A stretch of 64,000 nt of DNA, taken from the NCBI GenBank assembly GCA_013265495.1, contig MU058718.1, forward strand, positions 2,999,779 through 3,063,778. The letters run 5' to 3'. The DNA is from Vicugna vicugna (lineage: Eukaryota). The notes below the pieces were generated by a model that saw nothing but the letters and a program-made list of their open reading frames with translations, searched no databases and had not been told where the DNA came from. A program made the translations under genes and the position numbers. Positions 1 to 12,381 of this stretch are shown here, piece by piece (position 1 is the first letter of the stretch; the number at the start of each line of letters is the position of its first letter).

Positions 1-429
1 TTTGGCTGTTTTTTTGTTTTTTTGTTTTTTTTTTACTCCTCATGTAGCTCATACAGGCCATTTAAGGATATAATCTCAAGGATTGGGCCATATTCACAGG
101 CTAGTGTTAATAGTAAGCAATAGTCTAGGGGGTTGGGAATGAACGGATGTGGAGAGGGCCTGGGAGAGAGTCAAGGTGGAAAGTGAACTTTTCCCTGGAA
201 AACAAGAAGGACAAGGAGGATGCAAAGAACATGACACACTGCAGAGTTTCCTCGCGGCATCATCCCACCCAAGGGCTGCTCCCTTAGTGTTTGTTGAAAG
301 AGATACAATGGGCCATAGAATCTTCTCTTCACCTTTCCCGGTTCTCTTAAGCTTATTGTGTCTAGCCTCTTAACTTAACTTTAGTTTTTTGGGGTTTTGT
401 TTTTTGGGTTTCTGGGGGTTTTTTTCTAC

Positions 430-745
430 TTTTTTTTTTTGTAAGTTGAAGTATAGTCAGTTTACGGTGTGTCAGTTTCTGGTATATAGCATAATGTTTC
501 AGTCATACAGGTACATACATATTCCTTTCCATATTCTTTTTCATTATAGGTTACTACAAGATATTGAATATAGTCCCTGTGCTATACAGTAGAAACTTGC
601 TGTTTACCTGTTTTATTTATAATAGTTAGTATCTGCAAATCCTGAACTCCCAGTTTATCCTTTCCCAGCTCCTCCCTCCCCACCAACCGTAAGTTTCTTT
701 TCTACTTCTGAGTCTGTTTCGTAAGTTCATTTGTGTCTTCAGATT
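430..745 (-). mobile_element. Young L1 3' UTR fragment (camelid/cetartiodactyl type), 5'-truncated
   Basis: Poly-T then ttgaagtatagtcagtttac...tcattataggttactacaagatattgaatatagtccctgtgctatacag; same family as the copies at 15462, 18936, 23080 and 26770. Confidence 0.9.
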
Positions 746-1369
746 TTTAAGTGGTTTTTATCCCTGGCTCAGTCATTTCCTTGAAACAAGGTTATTTTAA
801 GAATACTGTAGAATGATCTTTGTTTGTGCTAAGGCTGAATGGGCCAGCATTCCTTGTTAGGCTATTTACCTGAACTGGAAAATATGCTGGATGCACAAGT
901 GATCAATCGCCCAACGCCTCTCCCCGAAGTCACCTCTCTCAACCCACCATGAGGTTCTGTAGCTTGCTCAGAGCTGAGTTCTAGGCACCTGGGGATGCCT
1001 AGCGCTTGTGTCCTAATAGACATGCCAAGCTGTTGAGCTCAACTGTGAACCGCCGGAACAATTTCCCTCCGAGAGCGCACCATCATGCACATGAGCACAT
1101 CCTGGCTACGTCTAGCTGTCTGCAAGTGCTGCGGGTCTTAATGCAAGCTGCCTGACCATAGGACAAAACCAAGGGCTCTTGTGAGCCACTCTGCATCCCG
1201 TGTCCCGCATCCCTTGTCCTCAGAAGAGCTGGTGTTCTCCTGCCCTTACTGCCCACCTGCTCACACCTCCCCTCCTCTGCTCCTCCCTCCAGACAACTCA
1301 CTTTAGGGACTTGCCTTCACTGCAGAAGGCAGGACATCTTTATAGCAAATATCCTTCATAAAAGATGCT

Positions 1370-1590
1370 GGAAACTGGCAGATATTTAATGCTTATGTGC
1401 CCGTCATTATATGAGTTGTTAGTTGTTTTGAAAGTATTATCTTATTTAACGCTTGAAAAAGTCCTCAGAGGATTTTTTCTTTTTCCTTACTGGAGAACTG
1501 AAAAACTGAGGCTCAAAGGGAGTGAGCAGTCCCTTCCAGATTGTAGAACTAGTGACAGGCAGACTTGGTTCCCAAACCCCAGTGGGGGTT
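1370..1590 (-). mobile_element. MIR SINE remnant
   Basis: gaaaaactgaggctcaaagggagtgagcag resembles the reverse complement of the MIR core. Confidence 0.55.
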
Positions 1591-2114
1591 TGATGCCAAG
1601 GCCCTTGTTCGGCTATCTCCCAGGAAAATTCATTTTGTTCCCCATAGGAAAGGATGAAGAATACCTAAGGTATTATAATTTTGTTCTATTCTTCCATCCA
1701 TCAGAGGAAAAAGGGTTTTTCATTATACATTTTTCCTTTTTATAAAACTAATTACTTGTTTGCAGAAAATCACATAGGAAACACAGTGAAGCAAAAAGAA
1801 GAAAAAAAATCACTTGTACCCCACTACTCAAATAAAACACGCCTAAATTTTGGTATGGATCTCTGAAGATATATTTGATTAGAACACTTTTTATGGGTTC
1901 ATGTTGTACAAAGAGTTAACGTTGGACACTTAATTTGATGCCAATAAGTGGTTCTACCACATTCAATTGTGTAGATGCACCACAATTAAACCAATACCAA
2001 ATGGTTAGCCCTGAAAAGGAAGAAATATTGTTTGCTCATTTCATAAATGATGAAAGGCTGCCACCCCAAAGCATTAAAGCTAAACAGGAACAAACAAGAA
2101 AACTTTATCTAAAT

Positions 2115-2426
2115 CAAGAGTGGCCAGACTTTGCTTGTAAAAGTTCAGGTAGTAAATAGCTTTGTGGGCCATGTGGTCTCTGCTGGAAGCAGTCACCTCT
2201 GCCATGACAGCACAAAAGCAGCCACAGACCATACGTAAATGAATCAGTGTAGCTGTGTGTCCACCAAACTCCAGACGCTAAAATGTGAATTTCGCATAAT
2301 TTTCACGTGTCACAAAACAGTATTCCTCTTTTGATTTTTTAAAAAAATCATTTAAAAATGTAAAAACTACTCTGAGCCTGTGAGCTGTACAAAAACAGGT
2401 GATTGGCTGCAGTTCACCCACCCTTG
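2115..2426 (+). mobile_element. MER58 (MER58B-like) hAT-Charlie non-autonomous DNA transposon
   Basis: gtgggccatgtggtctctg...aaagcagccacagac...tgaatttcgcataattttcacgtgtcac; degenerate 8-bp flanks atctaaat/ctccaaac. Confidence 0.8.
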
Positions 2427-2529
2427 CTCCAAACCATCCATTCATGCTTGAAGCCCATCACTAGACCCACAGATCAAGTTACAGAATCAATGAGAATTGT
2501 CTTTCCAACCCTTCCTTTTCCTGGATATT

Positions 2530-2557
2530 CTCTCTCTCTCTCTTTCTCTCCCTCACC

Positions 2558-2589
<32 letters not shown>
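2530..2589. repeat. Compound (CT)n-(CA)n microsatellite
   Basis: Read directly from the sequence. Confidence 0.9.
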
Positions 2590-2918
2590 GTTGGTTGCCC
2601 CAAAGTCCTTCCTTCATAGGCTGGCCACCTTCTCCCCATGTTCCATAGGCTCAAAAATTACTTACATTTTCCCCAATTATCTTTTTGGGAGCATTTGGTT
2701 ATCTGACCAAAGTGGTTCACATGATGAAATGGTTGCAGGCAGTGCCTCCCTCGGGGAATTTTCATTTAAGAGAAAATACACCGATGTAGGTAACTGGATA
2801 TCAGGGAAGACATTTTTGAGTAGCAGGATATCCAGTTCTTCATTCAGGAGGTTGTTTTGGTGTCATGAAGCTGGTCACGAAGGCTAAGATGACTAGTCTA
2901 ATGGGTACTTGCTATCTA

Positions 2919-3135
2919 TAGTTGACCTGGAACAGCACGGCTCTGAACTGCACAGGTCCACTGACATGTGGATTCTTTTCCTTAGTAAATGCTACAGAAC
3001 TACACTGTCCACAGCTGGTTGACTCCGAGGATGGAACCAGGACTATGGAGAACCGTGAGTGTGGCAGGTGGATATGGAGGCTGAATCTAAGGTTGGCGCC
3101 CCATTCCCCACCCCTAGTTGTTCATGGGTCAACTG
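2919..3135 (+). mobile_element. Tigger2a-like TcMar-Tigger MITE
   Basis: Terminal inverted repeats tagttgacc...ggtcaactg, flanked by TA at 2917-2918 and 3136-3137; internal tgaactgcacaggtccact matches the Tigger2 end. Confidence 0.85.
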
Positions 3136-5999
3136 TAATTAGGGGAGCAGGACAAAAAAACTTAGAAAAATTAAACATTCAAACCAGGGGCTATTAACTG
3201 TCAAGAAAGGGATAAATAAATTAAACCTCTAAGCTCTGATGGAGACTACTGAATAATTGCCCAAGGGCATCAAACCCAGGCATTTGAGGTCGCTTCTTCA
3301 TATACTGGTAGACACAGGGCCTTACTCTTTGCCTTTTGTGGAGAGTGTCTTCACAATATCCTCAGGGCTCTAGGCTTTTATCCAGCTATAGTCCTTACTT
3401 TATGGTTTTACTTGTGCTATTGTATTAAGCAGCAACCCAAGCTTTGAGGCACTTCTTGAGCCTTCCATGAAATAGCCAGAGATTCGTAAAACACCAAATA
3501 AGATGAGTTCACCAGTCCTTTGGTGGCTGGGCTAGGGAGTTCACCACTAACTCTAAGGCAACCATTGGACAAGCAGTGGGAAACAGGGCAACACGCGTGG
3601 GTGTGAAAACGTCTCCGGCAAAGGTCTCCTCTCACTAATAAGACGGAGGAAGGTAGGTTGAGTTAGACTGAAATCACAAGAAACCTTTCTTCCTGAAAGA
3701 TGCGTCCTAAACTCCAGGGCAGTGAAAGCCTCCTCAGAGGTATCACAAAAAAGGAGGAGCAGAAAGGGGCCCTTGAGACACAAAAGCCAGCTGGGACTGA
3801 GGGGCTGTTCACCAGTGGCTTCCCTTGCAGTGATGTTTGCCTGACGTCCGTCCAACCCCAAGCCCAGCCATGGGGTTCACACACTGGAGCTCAGGTCCAC
3901 CCCAGCACGGGGGAGACTGGGGAAGGGTCCACCCAGGAGACACCAGGAGAAGCCCCAGGGCTAGGAGAGGCAGCTAGAGGGTCAACATCTGGGCGCCAGA
4001 CTATACCTGAAGACAAATGGTGGAAACTACATCTCCCCTCCATGTTCTAAAAATTGCTGCCCAGATACCCTTTTTTAAAATCACTCAATTTTCATTTCAG
4101 TGACAAGCACTAATAGGTCATTAAAATAATATGCATATTATTAACCCAGGGTATTGGTAACTGGAGCTCCCTGAAAGCCCTTGACAATGCCTTCCTGAAT
4201 CTGACCCTGGTTCTTCATCTGGCTCCCTGCCTTGGCCAGGGTTTGATGGTTCAGAGAACAGCAAATTGCCTAGCTAATTAAACTCTGCAGTTTTAAAAAA
4301 CATTTTTCTCTCATGTCAGGCTGCGTTCATTGGGTATCACTTTCTTTGAGAAAGCCAAAAATAAATTCTGAGCTTAAGATATTGTAGATAAAATTGCTGT
4401 TTTAAGTTTTAAATTGCAGAAAAATAAAGGCTTACCATGGAAATTGTTATTTAGCTGTAACTGTGGGGGTGTAGGTACAATGCTATTATTAACCTGCTTT
4501 ACAAATGCATGTGTCGGGAGCTGTGAAGAAAGGCCCAGAATCTGGTGGCCTGATGCCAGTGTGGATAAATATCCACGGTGAACTCTTCTCCCTTTGGTAA
4601 TAGTAATTCTGTGTCTGTTTGTAGCCTCTCTCACCTTGGTTATAGCACTCTGCAAGAGTCAAGTGGGTTTCAGAAATCAACTACAAGGGAATAGCTCAGA
4701 TCCCCATTAATAAATAAATTATGCCCCAATCCCTGGTGCTCTTCTGAAATATGTTACTGAATGAAGCAAGAAATTAAGCCCCCGAGCTCCAGCATATCTT
4801 ATTTGGCTATCCACTGTAATAACTCTGTGTCTCTATTCAAGTAACTCATTCCCTTTGACAAGTTAAAGGAAAGCTTGAGGTAAGGATGGGGAGAAATACA
4901 AACCAAACTGCCCCTTTGTAGATACCTTTCCTGGGGAAAAGTGAGAGTGCCGTAGTAAAAAAAAAAAAAAAAAAAGAATGGTAGCAATGTCACCTTGTCT
5001 TTGTAAAGTGTAAGGAGTTTTCAGATTTGGGATTTCAAGGCTTCTGACAACTTTTTTGTTGTTGTTTTCGGGTGAGAATAGTGAGGAATCTGTGTGAGGG
5101 AGGTCCGGCTGGCCCTGGGGAGTGAAATGGAGATCAGAACTCCTGGTCCCTCTTAGAAGCCTGAGGACCCAGTAGTCACTCAGAGTGCAGGTCAGACTCC
5201 ACAGGGAATCGTGCACAGTGAAGCAGGAGGGTCTCAAGGGCATGTCTTTCTGCATTTAACAAATAGAATTTTACCTGGGAGATCATTTATCATTTAAAAC
5301 CTGACTCCCAAGCTTGAAGAAACACCAAGAGCAACTGAGAAAGCTCCTGCCTGCTTCCTTGGAAAAGCAATGAGTTATAACAAGTGAGGGAGGGGAAACA
5401 GCCTCCCACCTGCATCCTGACAACCTGTCTCATTAGTTCTCAGTCAGACTCCGCGGGCTCCTAAGGGGGCGGATGGTTTAGCCCTTGGGGCCACTTTCTG
5501 TGTCTGTGACTGCAGATTACCACGATGGTTTCTGTTTGTTTTGGGGTTCTTTTTGTTTCGGTTTTTCCTCCTCTCTATGGCAAAGCTATTTCTCTCTCTC
5601 TCTCTCCCTCCCCCCCTCCCCATCCCCCCAGTCCTTTATTTGACAAAGATGACACCAAAGAAGAGCTGAAGGCAATTTCAAGCAGGGAATTTTCTAGCTG
5701 GAGAGAAGGGAATGATGTAACAGGGCTTCTTTCCATTTCTTCTAACTCCACATTAGTATTAGCAGAAAAAGTTAGGGGCAGCAGCCATCTGTTTTCAGAA
5801 CTTCTCTATTTCCAGGCCTTGTCTCTTTCCACTGCTGTCCAGAATTGTCCCTGGGTTTAGTGGCACAATGGCCTTGGGAGGCTGGTCTCCTCCATCAGGA
5901 GGCCACTCAAAACTCTTAGTGGGTTTGTGTGCTGGGTCCTTAGAATCAGAAGGATCTTAGAGCTCATTTGACCGTGGAATCTCTTCACCCCTCACATAA

Positions 6000-6170
6000 A
6001 TAATAACTCAGATCTAACATTTATAGAATACTTACTGTGTATTGAGGGATGTTCTAAGTGTTTAACTTATATTCTCTCATTTGTTTCTCATACAGCCTCA
6101 TGAACAAGGCACTATTATCACCCGTTTTACAGATGAGGAAACTGGGCACCGAGAGGCTCAGGAACTTATG
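6000..6170 (-). mobile_element. MIR SINE
   Basis: Core cccgttttacagatgaggaaactgggcac and MIR tail aacatttatagaatacttactgtgt. Confidence 0.85.
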
Positions 6171-6209
6171 ATGGCTGTCTAGAAGGTGTCAGAGGTGCCT
6201 TTTTACACA

Positions 6210-6625
6210 GTCCACATTCTAGCCAAATTTGCTGGATATGCCCTAGATCTTCTGTTTCACGTCTTTGCTCACTCCTGTTCCCTTTGCTTGGAAAGCTGCC
6301 CCTCCTCCAAGCTCAGAATTATTCAAATTCCACCTACCCCTCATGGTCCAGGGCACACGCTATCTCCTCCAGAGAGCCCCTCCTAATTGCCTCCAGCTAG
6401 AGCCAATCTCCTTATTCTGCAACAGCGAAGAACTTTAATTGTGCCCTGTGCCATATTCTGCCCTTTATTTGCACCTTTTATCTTTAAAAACATAAGGTAA
6501 GCCCTCTAAGGTATGATGTGTATCTGATTTATCTCTGCGCTCCCACATCCCCTAGCTCCTGCCTTGCCACGTAGACATACCTGCTGCAGTAGTTATCACG
6601 TCAGGAAAACATGCCTGGATGAATA
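6210..6625 (+). mobile_element. L2 LINE 3' remnant
   Basis: ctttgctcactcctgttccctttgcttggaaagc...tctcctccagagagcccctcct resembles the L2 3' region. Confidence 0.6.
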
Positions 6626-7377
6626 TGCACACTATGTTATGTCACTTCGTGAAGTGATGCCCTCTTTAATATACTGCAATTAGGCTCGTTGGATATATTA
6701 ATGCATATTTACAAAAGGAGTATTTACAATGTCTGTCAAATGCCACACAATTTTTTTCTGATGGGGAAAGGCTTTGTGTAGTGTATAAACCTGCGCCAAC
6801 AGAGCCGGAAATCCAAGGACCCCCGGGCATACACGCAGGGCACTATCTGCCCACACGGGCCAGGAGTCACACTGCTCCTCTGCATTCCCTTGTCTGAAAG
6901 AAAGCGTTTCTGTCTAGCCTCTACCACCGCCCTTTCTGGGCCCATGAACTTTTGAACCAGGGCAGTGGGGCTCTACTAAGGGCGATTCTGTCATCCACCA
7001 ATGTGCCCACACACGGCAAGCCGTGTTTACAGGCCACAGAAGCGTCACTGCTTAGCTGTGAGCCTTGGGGCTCAGCCACAGCTCCGGCCACCAGCCTCAG
7101 GGTGCAAAACAATTCCTCCCTTGTACACAGTGGTACATTTAAGAAGTCATTCTCGATGACATGTATTATACCTTCAACCACACGGGTAATTTATGAAGGA
7201 GTTTAAATCTCCTAATTTTCATGCAAGCAACAGGAAAAACAATTAGGCAAAGAAAGAAGTATATACAAAATATTTTGATCTGATAATCTGGCAGGCTCTT
7301 ACACAGTAAGTATCACTTTAAAATAGAGGTTTAAATCAACTCCTAAACCCGAACTTAAACTGTTTGCAAATATTCAC

Positions 7378-7385
7378 TGACGTCA
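7378..7385. promoter_or_regulatory. Perfect palindromic CRE (TGACGTCA), function unproven
   Basis: Exact motif with its CpG retained, in non-repeat sequence. Confidence 0.35.
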
Positions 7386-7928
7386 ATAAAGTGAGAGTTC
7401 TTGATTCTGGCTAAGCATCAGACTCTCTGTGGAATTTAAAACACACACACACACAGATACACACACACACATACACCAGGCAGACTCTCCCTCTGGAAAT
7501 ACCACAATTTAAAAAAGCTGCATAGTTCAGTCTGATGTGAAGTCTGGGTTGAGAAATTACTGTGACAAGAGAAGACATAAAAGTAATAGGCAACTGTCAG
7601 TCCCAGGCTTGTCTCTTGCTGTTGCTACTTTTTAATCAAAAGGGTGAGGAAGGAAAATCAGTAAGAACATTAGTTCTGCAAGCGGCAAGACATAATATTT
7701 CTAGCTACAGGAAACAGCGGGTGGCCATGATTTCAACACTAGTAGAAGCAAAACATTTTTCACAAGTACAAATCAAACCAAAATACATAAAAAACCTTGC
7801 AAAGTCTAAAAAAAATGATAAAATTCAAGATTGGGAGCTCATATTTCATTCACATTCAAATACCATTAATTAATTTTTGGTCATACTTCAGTATTAAAAT
7901 AAAATCAGAATGTTCCTAGAAATGTGCT

Positions 7929-9148
7929 ATCTCCCAAGACTGAACCAGGAAGAAATAGAGAATATGAATAGACCAATTACCAGTAGTGAAATTGAATCAG
8001 TACTTTAAAAACTCCCAATAAACAGAAGTCCTGGACCAGACAGCTTCACAGGTGGATTTCATCCAACATTTAGAGAAGAGTTAATACCTATCCTTATCAA
8101 ATATTCCAAAAATTACAGAGGAATACTTCTGAACTCCTTCTATGAGGCCAGAATCACCCTGATACTAACACCAAAGATACCACAAAAATAAAAGGGAAAT
8201 TATAGGCTAATATCACTGATAAATATGGATGCAAAAATCCTCAACAAAATATTAGCAAATCACCCAAATCCAACAACACATTAAAAGGATCATACCCCAT
8301 GATCAAGTGGGACTTATCCCAGAGATGCAAGGATGGTTCGATGTCCAAAAATCAATCATTGTGATACATCATATTAATAAACTGAAGAATAAAAGTCATA
8401 TCATCATCTCAAATGCAGAAAAAGCTTTTGACGAAATTCAACATCCATCATGATAAAAACTCTCAATAAAGTGGGTATAGAGGGAATACACCTCAATGTA
8501 ATAAAGACCATATATGACAAGCTCACATCTAGCATCATACTCAATGGTGAAAAGTTAAAAGCATTTTCTCTAAGATTAGGAACTGGACAGTTACATGCAA
8601 AAGAATCAAACTGGACTACTCTCTCACATCATGCACAAAAATAAATTCAAAATGGATTAAAGACTTAAATACAAGAAGTGAAACCACAAAAATTCTAGAA
8701 GGAAATGTAGGCAGTATGCTCTTTGACATCAGTCTTAGCAATATTCTGTTTGGCTATGTCTCCTCAGGCAAGGGAAACAAACCAAACATAAATAAATGGG
8801 ACTACATCAAACTGAAAAGCTTTTGCAAGAGGAAGCAAACATCAGCAAAATGAAAAGGAAAAGGCCCCCTATTGAGTGGGAGAAGATATTTGAAAATGAC
8901 ATATTCAATAAGGGGTTAGTATCCAAAATAAACAAAGAACTAGTACAACTCAACATCAAAAAACCAAACAACTCAATTGAAAAATGAGCAGAAGCTCTTC
9001 CTCAAAGAAGACACACAAATGGCCAACAAGTACATGAAAAGATGCTCAACATCACTAATCATCAGGGAAATGCAAACCAAAACCACAATGAGATATCACC
9101 TCACATCTGTCAGAATGGCCATCATCAAAAAGACAAGTAACAAGTGTT
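7929..9148 (+). mobile_element. L1 ORF2 internal fragment, degenerate, internally deleted, no 3' UTR or poly(A)
   Basis: Translates to L1 ORF2 motifs [47 protein letters not shown] and [14 protein letters not shown], with stops and frameshifts. Confidence 0.95.
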
Positions 9149-12116
9149 ATCTTCGGCTCACCCTGATCAACTGCCTTTTTTATGAGACAGAGAGCCTTCC
9201 TCTTGCCTTCTATGATTTGGCAGATACAGCTGGAATTGACGCTATCAGGGTTCCCCTTTTTCTCTCTTCTCTAAATATTCTTTTTCTTTCTGACACTTAA
9301 CTCCAGGGGTAAATCTTCACACTGTTAAAGATATTCTCATATTTCACTCTGGAAGCTGATTTTCTTCTCATCCTTTCTAACATAATTGAAATTTACCAGT
9401 CTTCAGTTCCATTATTCCAGAGTTTCTTACCCTCTAGTCTCTGTTAAGGGAAAACTAAAGTGTTGTTGTTTTTTTTTTAACTAATCTGGAGCAATGGAGC
9501 TAATAATATTTATTATGTTCACAGGGAACAAATTTGAGGTCAAAAGGCTCTGAGCAGAAATTCCTGAGCCTAAAACTGGAACTCTAAAAGGCAGCATTTC
9601 AGGCCCTCAGAGTGAGAGGACTGATGTAGCTTTGGCAAGCTAGGTCTTTCAGAAATTCTCACATCATACTTTATAAGCATCTTCCCCAGTCTGTCTATTC
9701 CAAGAACCCTGTTTCACTGGTCCACATGGGCAGACTCCAGGTTTAAGATGGGAGTGGGGATACTGAGGCTGCAAGAACAACCCACCACTCCCTCTTTCTA
9801 TTTCCAGCACAGTTCAGGTCACCTTCTTCTGTTGAGGCTGGATTATCCAGAGTTAACACAACAGTGTACCACTCAGTTCTTTCTCTTCTACATGAGTTCT
9901 GGAAGTTTTCTGACAGCACTTTCTCCAATGCAAGGAATGAAAAATCAAAGCAGTCAGCCTGTCTTTTGCTTAAAGCTCTGACCCAAGCCCTGTCACCTGT
10001 AAATAGCAGGGGTCCTTCCCAACCTATTTTTCATTTCCAAGTGTAATGAGGAGTTGGATTCCTGCTGTGGAAGAGGGGTAAGACGTGTACTCACTTCCTG
10101 TTCTTACTAAGTCTCTGGAAGAGGTACAAGAAATGCCCTGGGTTCATCTAGGTTCCATCAATAATTCAGTCCAGTATTTTTACCTCACACACCATATTTC
10201 ACTGTCTCCCAAAGTACACCTGCTTACCCCAGGCTATTTGGCCCTATCTTTGGTTTGGAAAGAATGGGGATTCTATTCCTGGGAAGGAGGAATGGAAATT
10301 TCACAGCAGTGGAGAGGTGGGCTTCATAAATGGACGTGAAACTCATTTCAAATTGCCATCTTCATTTTGTACTTCAAATACCCAGTAAGTGTTCTGGTAC
10401 CCAGAAGTCGGAGTCAGGCTTCACTGAGATTATTCTCTTTGGGAATGAAGCCCGTATGCTCCAGCAGGGCAGACAGAATCGACTGGATTTGCCATTGGAA
10501 AGCAGGAGTTCGCCCTGCCTGGCTCATCTGTGTACTGATGAGAGTCCCCCAGGACTGAGGGCAGGGACCTGAAGAAAGACCCTTGGGGGCACTGGAATTT
10601 ATGTGCAGCAGCTAACTGCCAGCTGTTACTGACACAGTCCCGCAAACATTCAGTTCTGAAGAATGACAGGCACAATTTAGTAAGCCTGCATAGAGGGGGT
10701 GTTTATTTAAAAGGCTGGGGGTGGGGCAAGCTAAACATTTTAGATATATTTTGGAATTAGAATTGATTTGTCTTTGCTTTCATTTGTTCACATTCTTTAG
10801 GAAAAGGTGAATGATAAAGCCTCAGAAGGCAGACAGACTTTCCTTGGCCGGGTGAGAGGCTAACATACAAAACCCTCTTTGTCAGAGGGAAAACCTGGAG
10901 CGGTTTGCTGGTAGCACGTTAGAGCCCCTCTGCCTGCTCTCCTCTGCCCAGTTCGCCTCCTGCTGGAGGCGCAGGTGTGGTGACACAGGCCTCAGTGATG
11001 CTTCACCAAGTTGAGGGCAATGCAGTGAAATTCCATTTATCAGGATACAATGAAAAATGAAAAGCTGGTTTAGGCAGAGACTACAAAATGCACTGTGTAC
11101 TAAAGTGAGTGACAAAAAAGGCATGATACACCTGCGGTCTCTGCCTACATCCCTCAGCTCCCATGCCAGAGCCTAAGCTGACTTGGAGAGTGAATCCTTA
11201 AAAAATAAGTCAGGTGCTGCAAGCAGGAACGCACAAATCTTGTCTTTCATGTACTTTATATATGTATAGAGGACATACATCAAAAAATCATCTGTGAGAC
11301 AGTGTGTTAATTTTCAATGAATAATATTTACGAAATAGAAATTATGGTTTCCATAACAATTATAACTTTGCCTTTCTATGTATACACAGATTTTTAAAAA
11401 TTTAACCCCATTTGCTGTAGTCCAGAGAAATGTGTCAAGACTCTGAAGCTGAATTAAAGTTACTATGGAAACCAAAAACGTAACCATCATGATTCAGAGC
11501 CCTCTAGATTCTCAACCATTGTGTTGTTCGGAAAAGAAAAATCTAATTTTTAATTAAATGAGCAGAACACCTGAAGACTTTGATAAGAAGGTTTTTCAAA
11601 TGTATTTAAATATTATCTAACATGTTCCTTGGTGCTTTTTGGGTAATTTTCTCCAGGAACTGCTGGTAGATTTTTGAGAGATGGGTTAAAAATACAGTTG
11701 AGCATCTATTATATATTCAGACCTCTGTTCAGGGCTGCAGGGGATGGAGAGTAACACCTTACACATACTGTCTCTACACACAAGAAATGTCTTTCTCCTT
11801 GAGATCATTAAAAAGTCATGGACAATAACCCAGATACCTTTACAGAATCAATCAGCAACAAGGCATCGTACTTATACTTTGGTTGAGGGGCCCGAACCAA
11901 GAGCAGAGAGGGCCAATCAAGAGTACCTGAGCCTCCCAGTGAAGCTGAATTTGAAACCAAAATTTTTTGTAAATAACAATTTCTGCTCTGATTATAAAAG
12001 TAGTAGGTGCTAATTGTAGAACAATTTGAAAATATTGAAAATTTCAGAGGAGAAAGTTAAAATCTGTCATAGGTCGAATACCAATATTTACTTTTTGGTG
12101 TACTTTCATCTAGCTA

Positions 12117-12381
12117 TTTTTTTTCCTATGGAGATATAAGTACCAGCAGTTGTCACATGATAGCGTGTGACTGTAAAGGTCACCATGCAAGCTGAAACCA
12201 TGCAAAGGCGTTTTAACAATCAATGGGGAAAATCCAAATGTTTTGTGATTTTTTTTTCCTATGGAGATATAAGTACCAGCAGTTGTCACATGATAGCGTG
12301 TGACTGTAAAGGTCACCATGCAAGCTGAAACCATGCAAAGGCATTTTAACAATCAATGGGGAAAATCCAAATGTTTTGTGA
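12117..12381. repeat. Tandem duplication, 2 copies, period 133 bp
   Basis: 12117-12248 and 12249-12381 are identical except G12210/A12343 and T8 versus T9. Confidence 0.97.

Noticed and set aside
389..592. Similar ORFs at 389, 15418 and 26651 (…HILFHYRLLQDIEY…) suggesting a gene family
   Set aside because: They are antisense translations of the same L1 3' UTR
2716..2760. C/D snoRNA suggested by ATGATGA at 2721
   Set aside because: No suitably placed CTGA D box or terminal stem
5400..5630. CpG-island promoter (GC box near 5465, C-rich G4-type tract at 5606-5629)
   Set aside because: Too few CpGs over too short a span, and no adjacent first-exon evidence
8450..9300. Reverse-transcriptase-related ORFs as a functional gene
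   Set aside because: Fragments of a dead L1 ORF2 with stops, frameshifts and a deleted catalytic core
12117..12381. CRISPR-like or programmed repeat array
   Set aside because: Only two directly adjacent 133-bp copies with no spacers, in mammalian DNA
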